DNA from: Sporopachydermia quercuum
Lineage: Eukaryota
Reading direction: 5' to 3'
Length of the DNA stretch: 64,000 nucleotides
Assembly: GCA_001599295.1 (NCBI GenBank)
Contig: BCGN01000001.1
Coordinates: 1,860,001 to 1,924,000 of the forward strand
The stretch's first letter is position 1; each line of letters starts with the position of its first letter. The notes under the pieces were generated by a model, which ran no database searches, was not told the DNA's origin, and saw only the letters and a list, made by a program, of their open reading frames with translations. Below are positions 45,187 through 58,215 of the stretch, piece after piece. The position numbers and the translations under genes are program-made.

Positions 45187-48100
45187 ATGCTTTGGCCCTT
45201 GCTGACCCCAGAAGTGGTCCGACTGCCAAAATTACCATCCAGAAACCATAATNAGAAAGAGCATGCTAGATCTACTTCGAGTGAAAGTAATGAAGCATCG
45301 GACGCGCTGATCGATAGTCAGAATGGTGAATCGTCATCACAATTGGTTCAGGAGATACGCAGCATAAAGAATATTCGTCATGGAAGACATTTAGTAATAC
45401 TAACAGCGGATACTGTTTACTTTTATCAGGTAAAACCGTTAGCGGTTGTAACTGTATATCGGCGATCAATAGAATGTTTAGCAAAACATGGCAATGCAAA
45501 AGATATGCTGATATCACCAGATTCTCAAGTTTTAGTTGTGGAAACCGAAAAAGACTTCATTCTAACGTTTGCTATATCGACACCACCACAAGAAGAAGCA
45601 GAATTACTATATCAGCCTTATTTCCCCTATGGGTTTGGTTATCGAAAGAATCTTAAAGGGTTAACAAGCGATAACGAGGTGAACATAGCAGAACATCTAT
45701 TAAAAGATTATGTAGAACTAAGAAATGAGATGAATATCAGTGAGCTAGAAATCAGCTTACAATTGGTATTGCATATAGAAGGAGGGATTCAACATTTAGT
45801 TGCCGTTGATAATTATCTGATGATGTTTACCAAATCTGTTATGGCAATCCAGCTTATTCCATGGATAAGATTACATCGCATTGAAGAGTTCCAAAATATC
45901 TCTGGCAAAGATAAAAAACCACAAGTAGTGGAATCATCAGAACTAATGAAACATATGCCTTGGTGGACAGAACACTCAAGTGGGACTGATNTAATGATTG
46001 ATGCTTCCTATTGTAGACCAATGGGCTTATCCTCATGGGTTACTGAGAATGGTAATTGCTGGTTGTCGATAATGAAGGAATCGAAAGTTGATGACAAGCT
46101 TAAGGTGTCTTATTCAGGGTTTTGTTATCATAATGCAAAAAAGAATGGGAGTAAACTGAAAGCTGTATGTGCAAATATAAATGCGAGATTTAGTCTTATA
46201 ATAGTTGGAACAGAATCTGGATCTGCTTTACTATATAACATTAAAGACTATACCGGTAATGTCGAACATATAAAGACTATTCCTCCTCCAGAGTATCATG
46301 CTGGCGCTATAACCAAAGTATCTTGGTCTGCTGATGGTGCTGGTGCTTTAGTTAATTACCAAACCGGTTGGGCATTGTTTTCAGTGTTTGGTAACTTGAA
46401 TGCTTCTTCTTTTCAATCTATTGAACATCATCATATAGAGGGAACTTCTGATGCTTTAAATGACCTATATTTTTCATCTCTGCATTCTATTGAATGGTCT
46501 TTTTATGGCGATAGATTTTTTGCTGTTGGTAAAGACAAATGTACATTATTTATAACCGGACTACTAAGATGGTCTCTTATTGGCAATTTCTCCCAAGATA
46601 ACATATACAGACCTTGTTTGCATCGTGACGATCATATACTTGTATATAAAGGCCATGAGCAGTCTGATCTTATGACAATTGATCACGATTCAATCTTATG
46701 GCAAACAATCAAAATTGATACTGGTTACTATAGCTCTGAGTATCCCATACGTTCAGTGTGTTCTTCTTCTGATGGTAAGTATATTGCTGTTGCTGGGATT
46801 CATGGATTTGCCCATTATAACGTTCTCACTGATCAATGGAAGATTCATAATCGTCAGGACGATAGATCTATCTTTTCTGGTGATGCCTCTACTTTCTTTT
46901 ATATCCGGGGAGGAATGTACTGGTATGAAGGTTTTTTCATTTGCGGAGTTACTACTGTTGCTGGAAGTAACGAAATCCGGGTGTTTTTTAAAGACTATGA
47001 ACTGAAAAATGGAAANGAGTTTTGGTTACGTAAGTTTCCAAGTCCTATAGTGTATCTTACAGTGGAAGAAGATATGTTGTTGGTATACACTATGGATAAT
47101 AAGCTATATCAGTTTGAAATTAAAGTGGATCCTCATGTTATCCCTAATCTGGATATTGGCATTGGGATAGCATTCAGGCAAATACGTCAAACTGATTTAG
47201 TTGGCATTGTTAGTTCACCAGCTAGAGTGCGATCCTTTAGTTGGTTACCGAAACTTAATAGGAAAAACCCTTATCTTATAGATACAACACCATTATTATT
47301 ACTTGTTGACGGAGTACTAGTTTTACTGAAATTTGATAAAGCTGCTCAGAAATTTAGTACAATAACTGTTCATAAAACTGTGGAGTATTATACTTGTTCA
47401 TGCAATGGCGCTTTTGGTATCACTATTACTCATTTTGATGGTTCCAATGCTATTATGTATAACTTCCCTGAAGATCCTTTCACTGATGGCTCTTCAGCAT
47501 TAACACTACCAAAGCCTATCAAATTAACAGCCGTCGATTTTTACCCATTATCAGTTCTAACAGATAAGGGAATTGTCATGGGATTAGAAGTTGATTTAAG
47601 TAATATGCCTGAGTTTCCTATGCAGATTTGGAAAGAATTTACTAGATCAAATGTTTTCCTGCATATGATTATTAAGAAACAGCTGGTAGAAAATGAAAAC
47701 TCTTCTTCTTTGTTGATTGAAGAGTATAAAAAACTGAGATATTTCCCATACATTTTAGAGCTTGTTCTATATAGTATTCTAGTTGAAGAAGAAATGGAAA
47801 AAAACGAGCCCGAGGTTGGAGCTGAGAATGAAAACGAAGGTAATACTCTACAGAAGAAGAAGCTTTTACCATTAGCAGTCAATTTGATTAAACAAACTCC
47901 TTTTTATTTGGACGTCATAGCTGAGTGTACCCGAAAGATCGAAGTTGATTACTGGAAGTATCTATTCAAATATACAGGACCAGTAAGAAAGCTATTTGAA
48001 GAGTGCTTAGCGAAAGGAAAAGTGAAAACAGCCGTATCCTATTTGGTGATAATTCATACTTTTGATGAATTAGAAGAGGAGAATGGTAACTCGTCAAAGG

Positions 48101-48261
48101 AGCATTTCAATCAAACAGCCAATGATATAATCAGGGTGATGCAATTAGCCATTGATAAGAAAGAATACGAGATATGTGGAGATTTAAGCAGATTCTCAAA
48201 GAACATAGATCCATCACCATCAGGAGAACTTTTGAAGAAAGTAATAGCGGAGATAAGCTAA
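45187..48261 (+). CDS. RIC1: Ric1, subunit of the Ypt6/Rab6 GEF
   Basis: MLWP start, beta-propeller region, YPIRSVCSSSDGKYIAVAGIHGFAHY, C-terminal YFPYILELVLY...VIAECTRKIEVDYWKYLF...LFEECL...KTAVSYLVII. Confidence 0.85.
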   Translation: MLWPLLTPEVVRLPKLPSRNHNXKEHARSTSSESNEASDALIDSQNGESSSQLVQEIRSIKNIRHGRHLVILTADTVYFYQVKPLAVVTVYRRSIECLAKHGNAKDMLISPDSQVLVVETEKDFILTFAISTPPQEEAELLYQPYFPYGFGYRKNLKGLTSDNEVNIAEHLLKDYVELRNEMNISELEISLQLVLHIEGGIQHLVAVDNYLMMFTKSVMAIQLIPWIRLHRIEEFQNISGKDKKPQVVESSELMKHMPWWTEHSSGTDXMIDASYCRPMGLSSWVTENGNCWLSIMKESKVDDKLKVSYSGFCYHNAKKNGSKLKAVCANINARFSLIIVGTESGSALLYNIKDYTGNVEHIKTIPPPEYHAGAITKVSWSADGAGALVNYQTGWALFSVFGNLNASSFQSIEHHHIEGTSDALNDLYFSSLHSIEWSFYGDRFFAVGKDKCTLFITGLLRWSLIGNFSQDNIYRPCLHRDDHILVYKGHEQSDLMTIDHDSILWQTIKIDTGYYSSEYPIRSVCSSSDGKYIAVAGIHGFAHYNVLTDQWKIHNRQDDRSIFSGDASTFFYIRGGMYWYEGFFICGVTTVAGSNEIRVFFKDYELKNGXEFWLRKFPSPIVYLTVEEDMLLVYTMDNKLYQFEIKVDPHVIPNLDIGIGIAFRQIRQTDLVGIVSSPARVRSFSWLPKLNRKNPYLIDTTPLLLLVDGVLVLLKFDKAAQKFSTITVHKTVEYYTCSCNGAFGITITHFDGSNAIMYNFPEDPFTDGSSALTLPKPIKLTAVDFYPLSVLTDKGIVMGLEVDLSNMPEFPMQIWKEFTRSNVFLHMIIKKQLVENENSSSLLIEEYKKLRYFPYILELVLYSILVEEEMEKNEPEVGAENENEGNTLQKKKLLPLAVNLIKQTPFYLDVIAECTRKIEVDYWKYLFKYTGPVRKLFEECLAKGKVKTAVSYLVIIHTFDELEEENGNSSKEHFNQTANDIIRVMQLAIDKKEYEICGDLSRFSKNIDPSPSGELLKKVIAEIS

Positions 48262-49055
48262 CAAAATTCTGGCGAGAGCAGTGAAGAATGTTGTGTTTGC
48301 CTTGCAACAAGGAACAGAACATACAAACAAAGGAAGAAACAAAGAAATAATAGATCTAATTAATTGGCATAGAAGTCTACATGTTGGATGGTGGGATCAA
48401 AAAGTATAGTATATAAAGTATGAAAACTAATGCATTGAAAATATGATATGGAAAACAAATTGATAAACAAAATAACTAGCAAAATAATTGAACAATATGC
48501 ATGAAAGATACTCATAATCTAAGGGCAAAACGTTCCTATAAGTTTGGTGTAGTATGACAAAGATAAATGTGATGATTACATAATCGTCTATGTGCATACC
48601 AGATAAATGCTAATTGACATAGGAGAAGCAAATGTTGATTAAGGTACACCAAATGTTGATAATCTCGCCGATTCAAACTTTTGATCATGAAATTGAGTAC
48701 GAACTTTTGAGGATACGTACGAAGAGTAAGGTACAAGACAAAGNACTCTCTACGCTCCTCCGACTTCCCATTGAAACCAATAAAACTCACAACTCCTAAT
48801 TCATTTGACCTTCTTACACCAAACTTAACAAACAGAATCATCTACATCATCATTCCCTTACTTCTACTTTCCCATAGACAAATCTTATCAGACATCTTAT
48901 AATCATCAACCATAACAAATCGTCAGTGGCTCATCTCTTCTCCTATTTCACATTATGGCTCTATTCTCGTCCCACAACGAAAATAGAACATGAAACAACC
49001 CCCCCAAGTACAAATAAAACAAGAAACTCATCTAAAGTAAAATCCTTTTAAGAAC

Positions 49056-49427
49056 TTATAGNTTACCCTTCAAAAACTTTTTAACAAATGAATCGTTAGA
49101 ATTGCTGCCGTAATCTTGTTCGTCTTCGAAGTATTTCAAAAACTGAGGCTGTTGTTTCCAGAAATTCACAGCTTCTTGATATTCCATGTGACCTTTCATT
49201 AATAGAACATTCTTGACTCCAATATCTTCGACATATCTATTTCTCTCAAATTCTTGTCTAATCTTTGTCTTCACTGCAGAAATGGGCATACCAACCTCAT
49301 ACAATTCAACCATTTCTGGTGATGCTCTGATTAAATTTCGGTATAGACCCAGAATTCTTTTTTTCAATTCTATAGGATCTCTGGAGAACTTTGTGGGTCT
49401 TGCTAATAATGTTGGAAGNGTAACCAT
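49056..49427 (-). CDS. Complex I accessory LYR-motif subunit NDUFA6/NB4M (B14)
   Basis: RILGLYRNLIRASPE..VKTKIRQEFERNRYV..LLMKGHMEYQEAVNFWKQ..FVKKFLKG. Confidence 0.92.
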   Translation of the reverse strand: MVXLPTLLARPTKFSRDPIELKKRILGLYRNLIRASPEMVELYEVGMPISAVKTKIRQEFERNRYVEDIGVKNVLLMKGHMEYQEAVNFWKQQPQFLKYFEDEQDYGSNSNDSFVKKFLKGXL

Positions 49428-50601
49428 TGTTGCTAATTATTATTTCAAATTCTATTGCGCTTATTGTAAATAATAAACCGACTCTATTACTGTCTATAGC
49501 TGAACACTTATTTAATGCTAACACTGATGCTGATAATGGTAGGTGCTCCCTTAATGTAGAATCGCAGTGTTGCTGAATATTTGAATATTGATCAAAAACG
49601 TGTAGAACAAACTCTAACCAGTAAAGTGAAAGCTTTTTCAGAGCTAGAATGTAAAACTGTTCAAAAATGCGGTACGCTAATCTACATTGCTTTACACCTT
49701 CTGAGTTCTGTTTACTGTAGATGAATGAATTCGTAGATCTTTTTGGCTATTAGGAATTGGGTATTTTCACCATATGATTGGTTTACAGTAGGGTGAGATA
49801 TGAAGTTACTTGAATAGATCTGGAGGAGTCTCCCAAAGATGAACGGGTGTTGGCTAGAAACATCTAAGGGTCTTGAAAATATGGAATATCGGAAATGATG
49901 CTCGTTTTCGGGGAAGCGCGATAACAAAAGTGAAGTTGAAGCACTGATGAATACAGCATAGCATACATGATAAGAAGCATTGAAATGACATGTTTAGCTA
50001 TTACGTTATTGAATTTGTAAAATTAAGGATAAGTTAAAGTAATGTAGGTAAAATTTGATAGAGAATAATTACTGCTATGTAGAAATATTGTATTCTGTGT
50101 TTTTGTCAATGATAGGTATAAAACAATCTGATTGATGTAGTCAACGTAGCTGTACTATCATGCATAAGTTATGCAATTATATGCGGTTCAATCTTTCTTC
50201 CTGTTAGCTTTATCTTTCTANCAATTCATAGGTTTATTATCTCAATTATTATAACTATTAGTTGTATATTTGATTAGAGCAAATATGCTGCTTTCATGAA
50301 ATAATGAAATTCTCAATAGTCAAATTTAATCCTCTGAACTGACATTAATTTCTCATTGTGAGTACATTTGATATCACCATCACATTCCTCCTCAGTTACT
50401 GAAGGTCACCAGCACCTTATCAAGTGCTCGCGCCCACAGACTACCTTAGTATAATCAGTCATTTCTGGAACTAAACCCCACAGCAATAAGATAAGATCAT
50501 CATAAACTTTTAATCAATTTCCAAAACGCTCTCATCAGAAGATACGGACCAGTCACATAATTCCTTGTACCATCTAAGAGCGCTTGTCTTTTCTTCCTAC
50601 A

Positions 50602-51465
50602 ATGGTNTCTCTTGATGAACCTAGCTGCTCGTATATTGAATCTCCGGGTATAGCATCCGTCAGTTTAGCCATCTTTATCATAATTGGTATTCTTGGTTCA
50701 TATATACCACAGTATATTAAGATTTATAATCGACGCTCTTCTGAAGGTATTTCTCCTTTTTTCCTTTTCTTAGGTATTGAATCAGGATTATTTTCATTCT
50801 TAAACATCTTACTGCTGAGTCAGGAAACATTCAGATGTTGTAAGCTCATTGCTGGCTCATTATGTGCTATTGGCTTAATATCTTTGATTCAAATAGGTGC
50901 TGCCTTCCTATGTATATTCTTTGTTTTAGCCTCTTGCTTATTATTCACTCGGAATGAAGTTAACTCAAAAGAACCTCAACAAGATTATCAAGAACTGGAA
51001 CTGATACTGAAGTTAGTTNTATGCTCAATACTATTTGTTACATCTATCTATTTATTAGTTTTGAGCAATCCTGATTGGATAGGTAATGTGAGTAATATTA
51101 TGGGACTCGTATCAGCACTGTTTGGATCGGTTCAGTATTTTCCCCAGATAATCGAAACTTGGCATTTGAAGCATGCAGGCTCATTGAGTATACCCATGAT
51201 GATGATTCAGACACCAGGTGGATTTTTATTTGCNATAACGTTAAGCCAAGGTACAAGCTCAAAGTGGAGCACTAGTTTACCTTATTATGTTGCTGCTACT
51301 CTGCAAGGAATTGTCCTAGTGATGTGTTTGTATTTTGATTTTGTTAAACCCAGGCGTGATTTGGAGGATCATAGGGAACAAATCTTTGCTGATGAACAAG
51401 ATGATAATAATGTTAATGAGAGGTCAGCTTTAATTGGCTCGAGAACAGATTTGGCGCTAGCTTAA
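50602..51465 (+). CDS. PQ-loop repeat membrane protein (second, different subfamily)
   Basis: SYIPQYIKIYNRRSSEGISPFF and VQYFPQIIETWHLKHAGSLSIPMMMIQTPGG; about 7 TM; first ATG at 50602. Confidence 0.88.
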   Translation: MXSLDEPSCSYIESPGIASVSLAIFIIIGILGSYIPQYIKIYNRRSSEGISPFFLFLGIESGLFSFLNILLLSQETFRCCKLIAGSLCAIGLISLIQIGAAFLCIFFVLASCLLFTRNEVNSKEPQQDYQELELILKLVXCSILFVTSIYLLVLSNPDWIGNVSNIMGLVSALFGSVQYFPQIIETWHLKHAGSLSIPMMMIQTPGGFLFXITLSQGTSSKWSTSLPYYVAATLQGIVLVMCLYFDFVKPRRDLEDHREQIFADEQDDNNVNERSALIGSRTDLALA

Positions 51466-52338
51466 GCATGTATATGAATTGGATAATGATTAGTTATAAA
51501 AGGTAAAAAAGCATTTTGATTGTAAATAAGTACAAAGTTCAACTCCTGTATATGAAAGCAGTGGACATTCATGCTGNTGTTCAATATAAACCTGTCTTGC
51601 TTGTTTAGATAATGATACGAGAGTCTGAATTAGAAGCAAACAGTCTGATGTTTACTGATGCGTCTTTATTGTTCATTGTTATGTAGTCACATGAATCGAA
51701 CTACAACACTTCCATTTATGTATTACATTCACTCCTCCAAGTTGAGTGCTCTGTATATTGACTGTTTGAATTTTTGAACCGCACATTTAACTACATTGAT
51801 TTNTTTTAATCAAACAAAAGAATCCTGGTCAACTAGCTAAGGTTTATAATTCTGATTCAGCTTCCTATTTCAGTTTACAGAAATAACTTTATCTCGGACA
51901 AGCAATAACTTAACCTAAGGATGATCTTTTTTTTTTTGAACAATAATAGCTAAGATTTTGCTAACGCTTTGATTGAGCAAACCCAGTTATGGAAACCAAT
52001 ACTATAAATTAACATCATAGCTTAATATACGCTAACTTTGATTATATCCAATGAGTTGAATCGAATGGTGACTCCTGCTACCCTGCAACATAATAAGCTT
52101 GAAGATCTCGTAAATATTGGTAGATGCCGCCGCCAATAGTCAAACTTAAAATAAACCTTAAACTTGAGCATTTGAAGTTCACTATTGTCACTAGCATTTA
52201 ATTATCTCCAGCTTAGAGGACAACCTTACAAAATTATGAATAATCTACTATTTCAACTAAACCGCAAAACCAATATTTCAATTATTATTACAAATATATA
52301 TGCTTCTTATCTAATTTGACTGTGAATACTCTTCCTAA

Positions 52339-53886
52339 TTAAACACTAATAGTCTTCCAAATATTAATGCCTTCACCACCAGTAGAAACTAAAGCGCCGG
52401 GAATATTTCTATGCCAATGAACTTCCTTGACATCTTTTTGCCAATGAACAAATAACAATTGTGATGGAATATCATCCAATTGACCATTCAATTCAATATT
52501 TTGTTGCTTAACTTCTTCGTCATCTGCCTCAACTGATAAATCCCATAGAGTAACAGTATTATCTGCAGACGACACGGCAATTATGCTTTCATCATTAGGA
52601 TGAAATTCAATACTAGTAATTGGTGCTTTATGGAAATCAAATGATGCAATAGTTGACGGTGTACTAACATTTGGTTTGAAATTTCTTAAATCCCATACAG
52701 ACCATGAACCATCATCATGACCACTACTAAGTAAATAACCTATTTTACTACTCCAGCTCATAACATTCACATCTGATTTTGAGGCTTGCACTGCTAATGC
52801 GGGTTGATGCTTCTTTGATCTTGTATCCCAAATTCTGATCATACCATCAGTTGAACCTGATGCGAAAACTGTCTTCTCGGTATGTGACCATTGTAATTCT
52901 TCTACGCTAATATTGCCGTCTTCAGTGAATTGGAAAGGTGTTTTATCAGTTTGCCATGATGAGGTTGTTCTCGTAGTTAAAAATGTTCTTCCAACTATAT
53001 CACCAGTAAGTAATGCACCTGTTGATATCATTGGACTCCAATCAACTGCAAACCCTTCTACGTTGCCATGAGNCTTAACAGTAAAGATTGGTCGATTATT
53101 TGCCTTAGTAACAACCGAGGAGTTATTACTATCTAAAGCCGTGACATGATTCTTTAAATCCCAAATATATGCTCTTCCATCTTCTGACATCGTGGCACAT
53201 AATTGTTCTCCTGTACGATTAGCAAAATGGGACATACGTACTCTATTTGTTGTATCTCCTAATGGAATATGCTTATTCTCGAATACTGGTTCTGTTTCCT
53301 CATCACCGCTACCTTCATCATCGCTATCATCATCATCTTTTTGTAAAGTCTTTGAGATTGAACTTAACTTTAGAACCATTAACTCGTTATCTTTCTTCTT
53401 TTCCGCTTGCGTGGCAGTTGCTAGATACATCGTTTGAGGATATGATCTTCTTTCCGATCCTAAATTGTCATCAATAAAATCAAATGATAAACAAGGCCAT
53501 TTAAGACTTGCAGTATGTAACATTTCATAAACTGTCGGATCTGCTTCTAAAATTTCATCTTTACCTAATGGTTTACTTCTATGAGGTAAATAGATATCGC
53601 TTTTAGTTNCGGTTTTATTCTCTTTCTCGTCTAACTCTTGAATCTTCGCTTTGACTTTTGANTCATCTTCATCTTCCATTGACTCGTCATCACCTGCTTC
53701 AAAGATTTCTTCTTCTTCTTCCTCATCAAATTCATCCCCATAAGGATCTTCAAATTCTCCCATCTCATCATCACCTTCAATTGCTTCACTACCAAGCAAT
53801 GATTGCTTTATCGGTGCATCATTGTTTGTAATCTTTTGAGAGATGACTCTCCCACTTTCAGTATCTTCTGCTGAACGTTTTGACAT
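52339..53886 (-). CDS. RRB1: WD40 ribosome assembly protein, uL3 chaperone (GRWD1 ortholog)
   Basis: [12 protein letters not shown] acidic N-terminus, [18 protein letters not shown] repeats, [29 protein letters not shown]. Confidence 0.95.
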   Translation of the reverse strand: MSKRSAEDTESGRVISQKITNNDAPIKQSLLGSEAIEGDDEMGEFEDPYGDEFDEEEEEEIFEAGDDESMEDEDXSKVKAKIQELDEKENKTXTKSDIYLPHRSKPLGKDEILEADPTVYEMLHTASLKWPCLSFDFIDDNLGSERRSYPQTMYLATATQAEKKKDNELMVLKLSSISKTLQKDDDDSDDEGSGDEETEPVFENKHIPLGDTTNRVRMSHFANRTGEQLCATMSEDGRAYIWDLKNHVTALDSNNSSVVTKANNRPIFTVKXHGNVEGFAVDWSPMISTGALLTGDIVGRTFLTTRTTSSWQTDKTPFQFTEDGNISVEELQWSHTEKTVFASGSTDGMIRIWDTRSKKHQPALAVQASKSDVNVMSWSSKIGYLLSSGHDDGSWSVWDLRNFKPNVSTPSTIASFDFHKAPITSIEFHPNDESIIAVSSADNTVTLWDLSVEADDEEVKQQNIELNGQLDDIPSQLLFVHWQKDVKEVHWHRNIPGALVSTGGEGINIWKTISV

Positions 53887-54582
53887 TGTATTAAGAAATA
53901 TATAGATTCGAACTGTAGATAGTCCAGCTGTAGGTTACTACCGTTGTATCGACTGCAAGTATTGTATGTATACAAAGTGCATCAACTTCAATGGACAGAT
54001 ATTATGCAAAACCAAGCAATCAAAGAGCTACCTAAAACTCCTTCACCATTAGTCTTCCAGTAACTAAAAAGTGAATTAATGTACTCCTACTATAGTAATC
54101 GCATCTTTCACAGTCCTTGAACAGCAGTAAATATGTTTAGCAAATTGGCTTTCCTTTTCACTTTCATAGTTAATAAAATTTTTTATAATACTAGTAGGGG
54201 CTTATCTGAGGGTCTAGAGATCATAAGAGGACCTTTTAACTAAAGGATCTGCCAANTGAACATCCACAAAGAAACTATTCTATCAAAACAGTACTTAAAA
54301 CCACGTGATTTGGTGGGGCAAGTCTCAGGATCGAACTTTTACTAGATCCTTCTCAGAGACTTTTCAGACTCTCTTACTTCGAAAGAGTCTCGAGTATAAT
54401 ATATTCACCTACTGTTCCGCTTCCGATTCCGCTTATTGCAATCAAATATTTACTTGAACATCATCACATTGAAACTCTTCTGANAGCTGGAATTACTACA
54501 GAGATCAGTTTGTTTTGTCCGGTTCTCACATATGTTTCCATTTAATTTCCTATACATATATCAGCCACTATAATCCATCACA

Positions 54583-57342
54583 ATGGAAAGACCAGCTTTT
54601 CTTGATATGGAGCCACCTCCAAACTACGTTCCTGGTTTGGGACGTGGTGCTACTGGATTTACAACCCGATCGGATATCGGACCAGCGAGAATATCGGTTC
54701 TAGATACAAAAGGTGACCAGGATGACGAAAACGGTGAAAACGAAGATGGAGANAAATTCACAATCAATGATACTGGGTTGTTTTCCGTNAATGCATTCGA
54801 TGAAGAGGATGAAGAAGCCGATAGAATTTACCGAGCTGTGGATGAACGAATGGAGAACCGACGGAAGAAACAGAAGGTTGTTAAGGAGGAAAACAGTAAA
54901 AACTCGGAAAATATCGGATCTATTGCTGAACAATTCTCTGATCTCAAACAAGAGCTAAATGAAGTATCATGGGATGAGTGGTCAAATATCCCGGATGTTG
55001 GAGATTTGACTAGGAGAAATGCTCGGCTTAGAGAAGAGGAAAAGTCTCAAAGACGATTTTATGCAGTCCCAGATTCTGTAATCGTTTCACGAGACGGGGC
55101 TGGAACAGAACGAAGCATTGACGCAACAAATCCTGATCAACCAGGAATTCTGCTGGAAGGGACGGAGGAAGATAAAACCGATTTTCGGATGTTTTCCACT
55201 GCAAGAGATAAAATGTTAGGGTCTAGAATTGATCAAGTGTCAGAATCAGTTTCTTCTCAAACTGGTGATTCTGAAAAGGTTGATATTTCTGGATATCTTA
55301 ATTCTCTCGATGCAGCAGCAGTTAAATCTACACAGGAGATATCTGATGTCAAGAAAGCTAGAGCACTGTTGATGTCTATATTGAAAACCAATCCAAAACA
55401 TGCATCGTCATGGATTGCTGTTGCAAGACTTGAGGAGTTTGCCCGTAGGCCTGTGAAAGCACGTTCTCTGATCTCTGAAGCATGTGAAACATGTCCTGGC
55501 AATGAAGATGTCTGGCTTGAGTGTATCAGATTACATCGACATCATAAGCTTCATGATGCCAGAGTTATTGCAAACGATGCTTTGAAAAGAATACCTAATT
55601 CTGTTAAACTGTGGTTAACGGCAGCAGATTTGGAAACAGAGCCTCGATCTCGGAATCTTGTTTTGAGGAAAGGCCTGGAAGAAGTTCCTGACAGTGTTAC
55701 CTTATGGAAAGAAGCAGTGGAAGGAGAACCAAATAAAGATGTAGCACGGGCTATGCTGCAGAAAGCTGTTGAATTAGTACCCAAATCTGTTGAATTATGG
55801 CTAGCTTTGGCTCATATCGAATCAGTTGCTAATGCCAGGAAGATATTGAATAGAGCTCGCAAGGCCATCCCAGGCTCCGCAGATATTTGGATAGCCGCTG
55901 CACGATTGGAAGAACAAGAGACTTTTGATGAGTCGAAAGTACNTAAAATTATAAAAAAAGGAGTCTCGGAATTACAATCTTTTGGTTCCCAGTTATCACA
56001 TNCTGATTGGATCTCCAATGCGGAAGTATGTGATTCTGATGGAGCAGAGATCACATGCCGCGCAATTATTCATACAACATTAAATTTGGAAGATAATGAA
56101 ACCACTGAAGAAGATAAAATCAATAACTGGGTTCAAGATGCCAAATCATCTTTGAGTAAAGGATTTTATACAACTGCTATTGCAATCTACACAACTACGC
56201 TACAACAGTATCCACAACATCCTTCCCTATGGCTTGAAAAGATAGATATTCTGAAGAAAACGATGTTGGACTCCACAGTTGTATACACTACATTCGCTGA
56301 AGCAGTTGAAAAATGTCCCGACAGTATTATCTTATGGTTGAATTANGTCAATGCCAAGAAAACAAATGGTGAGCTTGACTCAGCTAAGGAAATCGTGAAA
56401 AATGGGCTAGAGGTGAATAATAATAGTTATGAATTATGGACATGTGCTATTGATTTAGAAATTGAAACATCAGACTATCAAACAGTGAAAGATTTATTCA
56501 AAAAAGCACGAGAATTAACAAACTCTCCTCTTGTTTGGGCTAAAAGTGTATTGTTTGAACGACAGAACAATCTGGATCAAGAGAGTCTTGTTTTAGCCAA
56601 TGAAGGTTTAACTAGATTTCCTACTGATCCAGTTTTATGGAATCAGAAATTGAGAATTTTATTACAAACATCAACCAGTTCTGTTATTCGAGAGGCCTTT
56701 ATCAATGCTACAAAAGCTTGTAATGATAATGTTAAGCTATGGCTGCTATACTCTAAGTATGAACAGTCACAAGGCGTAATTATACGTGCTAGATCGATAC
56801 TAGAACGAGGAGCAGTTTTTAATCCAAAGAATGAAAGAATTTGGACGGAAAGAATTAAACTAGAGAGAGTGAATAGTAATTTGAAACAATCAAGAGTTGT
56901 TCTGAACTCTGCTTTGAAGGAATTACCGAAAAGTGGTGCTATTTGGGCTGAAAATATCACTCTGAATAAAGCGAATGGTCTCAGAGGACCTAAACTGAGA
57001 CAATTGTTTGTTGAGGCCATCAAACAGTGCGAAAATGATTATCATATATTAATTGCAATTGCTAGAAGCTTTTGGAAAGATGGTAGCATCGATAAAGCTA
57101 AATCTTGGTTCAATAAAGCATTTACTGCCGCACCACATGTTGGAGATACTGGTGCTTGGTATTTTGCATTCTTATCAAAAAATGGGACTGTGGAAGAACA
57201 GAATGCTTTGTTAGAACGCGTGATTAGTTCGGGTCCTGAAGATGGTGAGAATTGGTGCGATGTATATGAGGAACATAAGGAAATGATAAAAGGAAAGGAC
57301 CTGTTAATACTAGTAGCTAAAAGATTGATGGAAGAGAAGTAA
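54583..57342 (+). CDS. PRP6: U4/U6.U5 tri-snRNP splicing factor Prp6 (HAT repeats)
   Basis: [52 protein letters not shown], many HAT/TPR repeats. Confidence 0.96.
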   Translation: MERPAFLDMEPPPNYVPGLGRGATGFTTRSDIGPARISVLDTKGDQDDENGENEDGXKFTINDTGLFSXNAFDEEDEEADRIYRAVDERMENRRKKQKVVKEENSKNSENIGSIAEQFSDLKQELNEVSWDEWSNIPDVGDLTRRNARLREEEKSQRRFYAVPDSVIVSRDGAGTERSIDATNPDQPGILLEGTEEDKTDFRMFSTARDKMLGSRIDQVSESVSSQTGDSEKVDISGYLNSLDAAAVKSTQEISDVKKARALLMSILKTNPKHASSWIAVARLEEFARRPVKARSLISEACETCPGNEDVWLECIRLHRHHKLHDARVIANDALKRIPNSVKLWLTAADLETEPRSRNLVLRKGLEEVPDSVTLWKEAVEGEPNKDVARAMLQKAVELVPKSVELWLALAHIESVANARKILNRARKAIPGSADIWIAAARLEEQETFDESKVXKIIKKGVSELQSFGSQLSHXDWISNAEVCDSDGAEITCRAIIHTTLNLEDNETTEEDKINNWVQDAKSSLSKGFYTTAIAIYTTTLQQYPQHPSLWLEKIDILKKTMLDSTVVYTTFAEAVEKCPDSIILWLNXVNAKKTNGELDSAKEIVKNGLEVNNNSYELWTCAIDLEIETSDYQTVKDLFKKARELTNSPLVWAKSVLFERQNNLDQESLVLANEGLTRFPTDPVLWNQKLRILLQTSTSSVIREAFINATKACNDNVKLWLLYSKYEQSQGVIIRARSILERGAVFNPKNERIWTERIKLERVNSNLKQSRVVLNSALKELPKSGAIWAENITLNKANGLRGPKLRQLFVEAIKQCENDYHILIAIARSFWKDGSIDKAKSWFNKAFTAAPHVGDTGAWYFAFLSKNGTVEEQNALLERVISSGPEDGENWCDVYEEHKEMIKGKDLLILVAKRLMEEK

Positions 57343-58215
57343 ATCCAGGGTCTAGATTTTGAAGGGCAATGACGAAATCGTGAACCCGAATGCTTAATTG
57401 TAATATAATGAAAAGTGTATATAAATGAGGAAACAGTAATTATACATATATAAGGTCAATTGTAAGTACCACTTATGAATACACTGAATGTATTCACAAC
57501 ACTATATTAATATTACCATATGATTTGATATCATGCACAATTATGCATAGGATACACATACTTTTGAAAGCTTATTGAAGTTCACATAGTATATTAGATA
57601 TGTGTATTTATGCATTANACATGNACGAATAGCTTGCTTCTTCACTATACCATCAACCTTAAATTTGCAAACTATCCCCACAGAGCATCTGAAACTCATC
57701 CAGATGCTAACTATTACATAAAGCAGCTCCACAACACATATAACTCCCTTATGCATAGGAGAGCAAATTGTATACTTCTTCAACATTACTTTTTCCCATC
57801 AATGTGTTTACTTCAAGCTTGGAATCTTCTGCCTTATTATGTCCATCCCTTCTATCTGCAACTCCAACGCAAGGTTATGCAGAATTCCAAATAAAGTTCC
57901 TTCTCTATATCATTTTTAGAAATCTCAACGCGCGTTGATGTTTCTCTTCCTTCTTTCGAACATAAAACAACCAATAAGCACACCAAGCGTCTCAAGCAAT
58001 ACAACAGCAGATTTTGTTGACCAGCATTACTCAACTAATACTAATGCTTCATACTTTACTATTTCATATGCCAAAAGTGAACTGTGTCTTACTTTCCTTT
58101 GATTTAATTCATATCCACACATATTGATCTATCGCATTTAGTCTATTCCAGCTGATCACTATTTGACCCATCGTATCACTTACCCATCATATATTCACAC
58201 ATACGCACAACCAAG

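Noticed and set aside
48536..48841. Short intergenic ORFs (also 42836-43726, 57541-58034, 1303-1564)
   Set aside because: Low-complexity or UTR-like composition, many with non-ATG starts, no recognisable homology.
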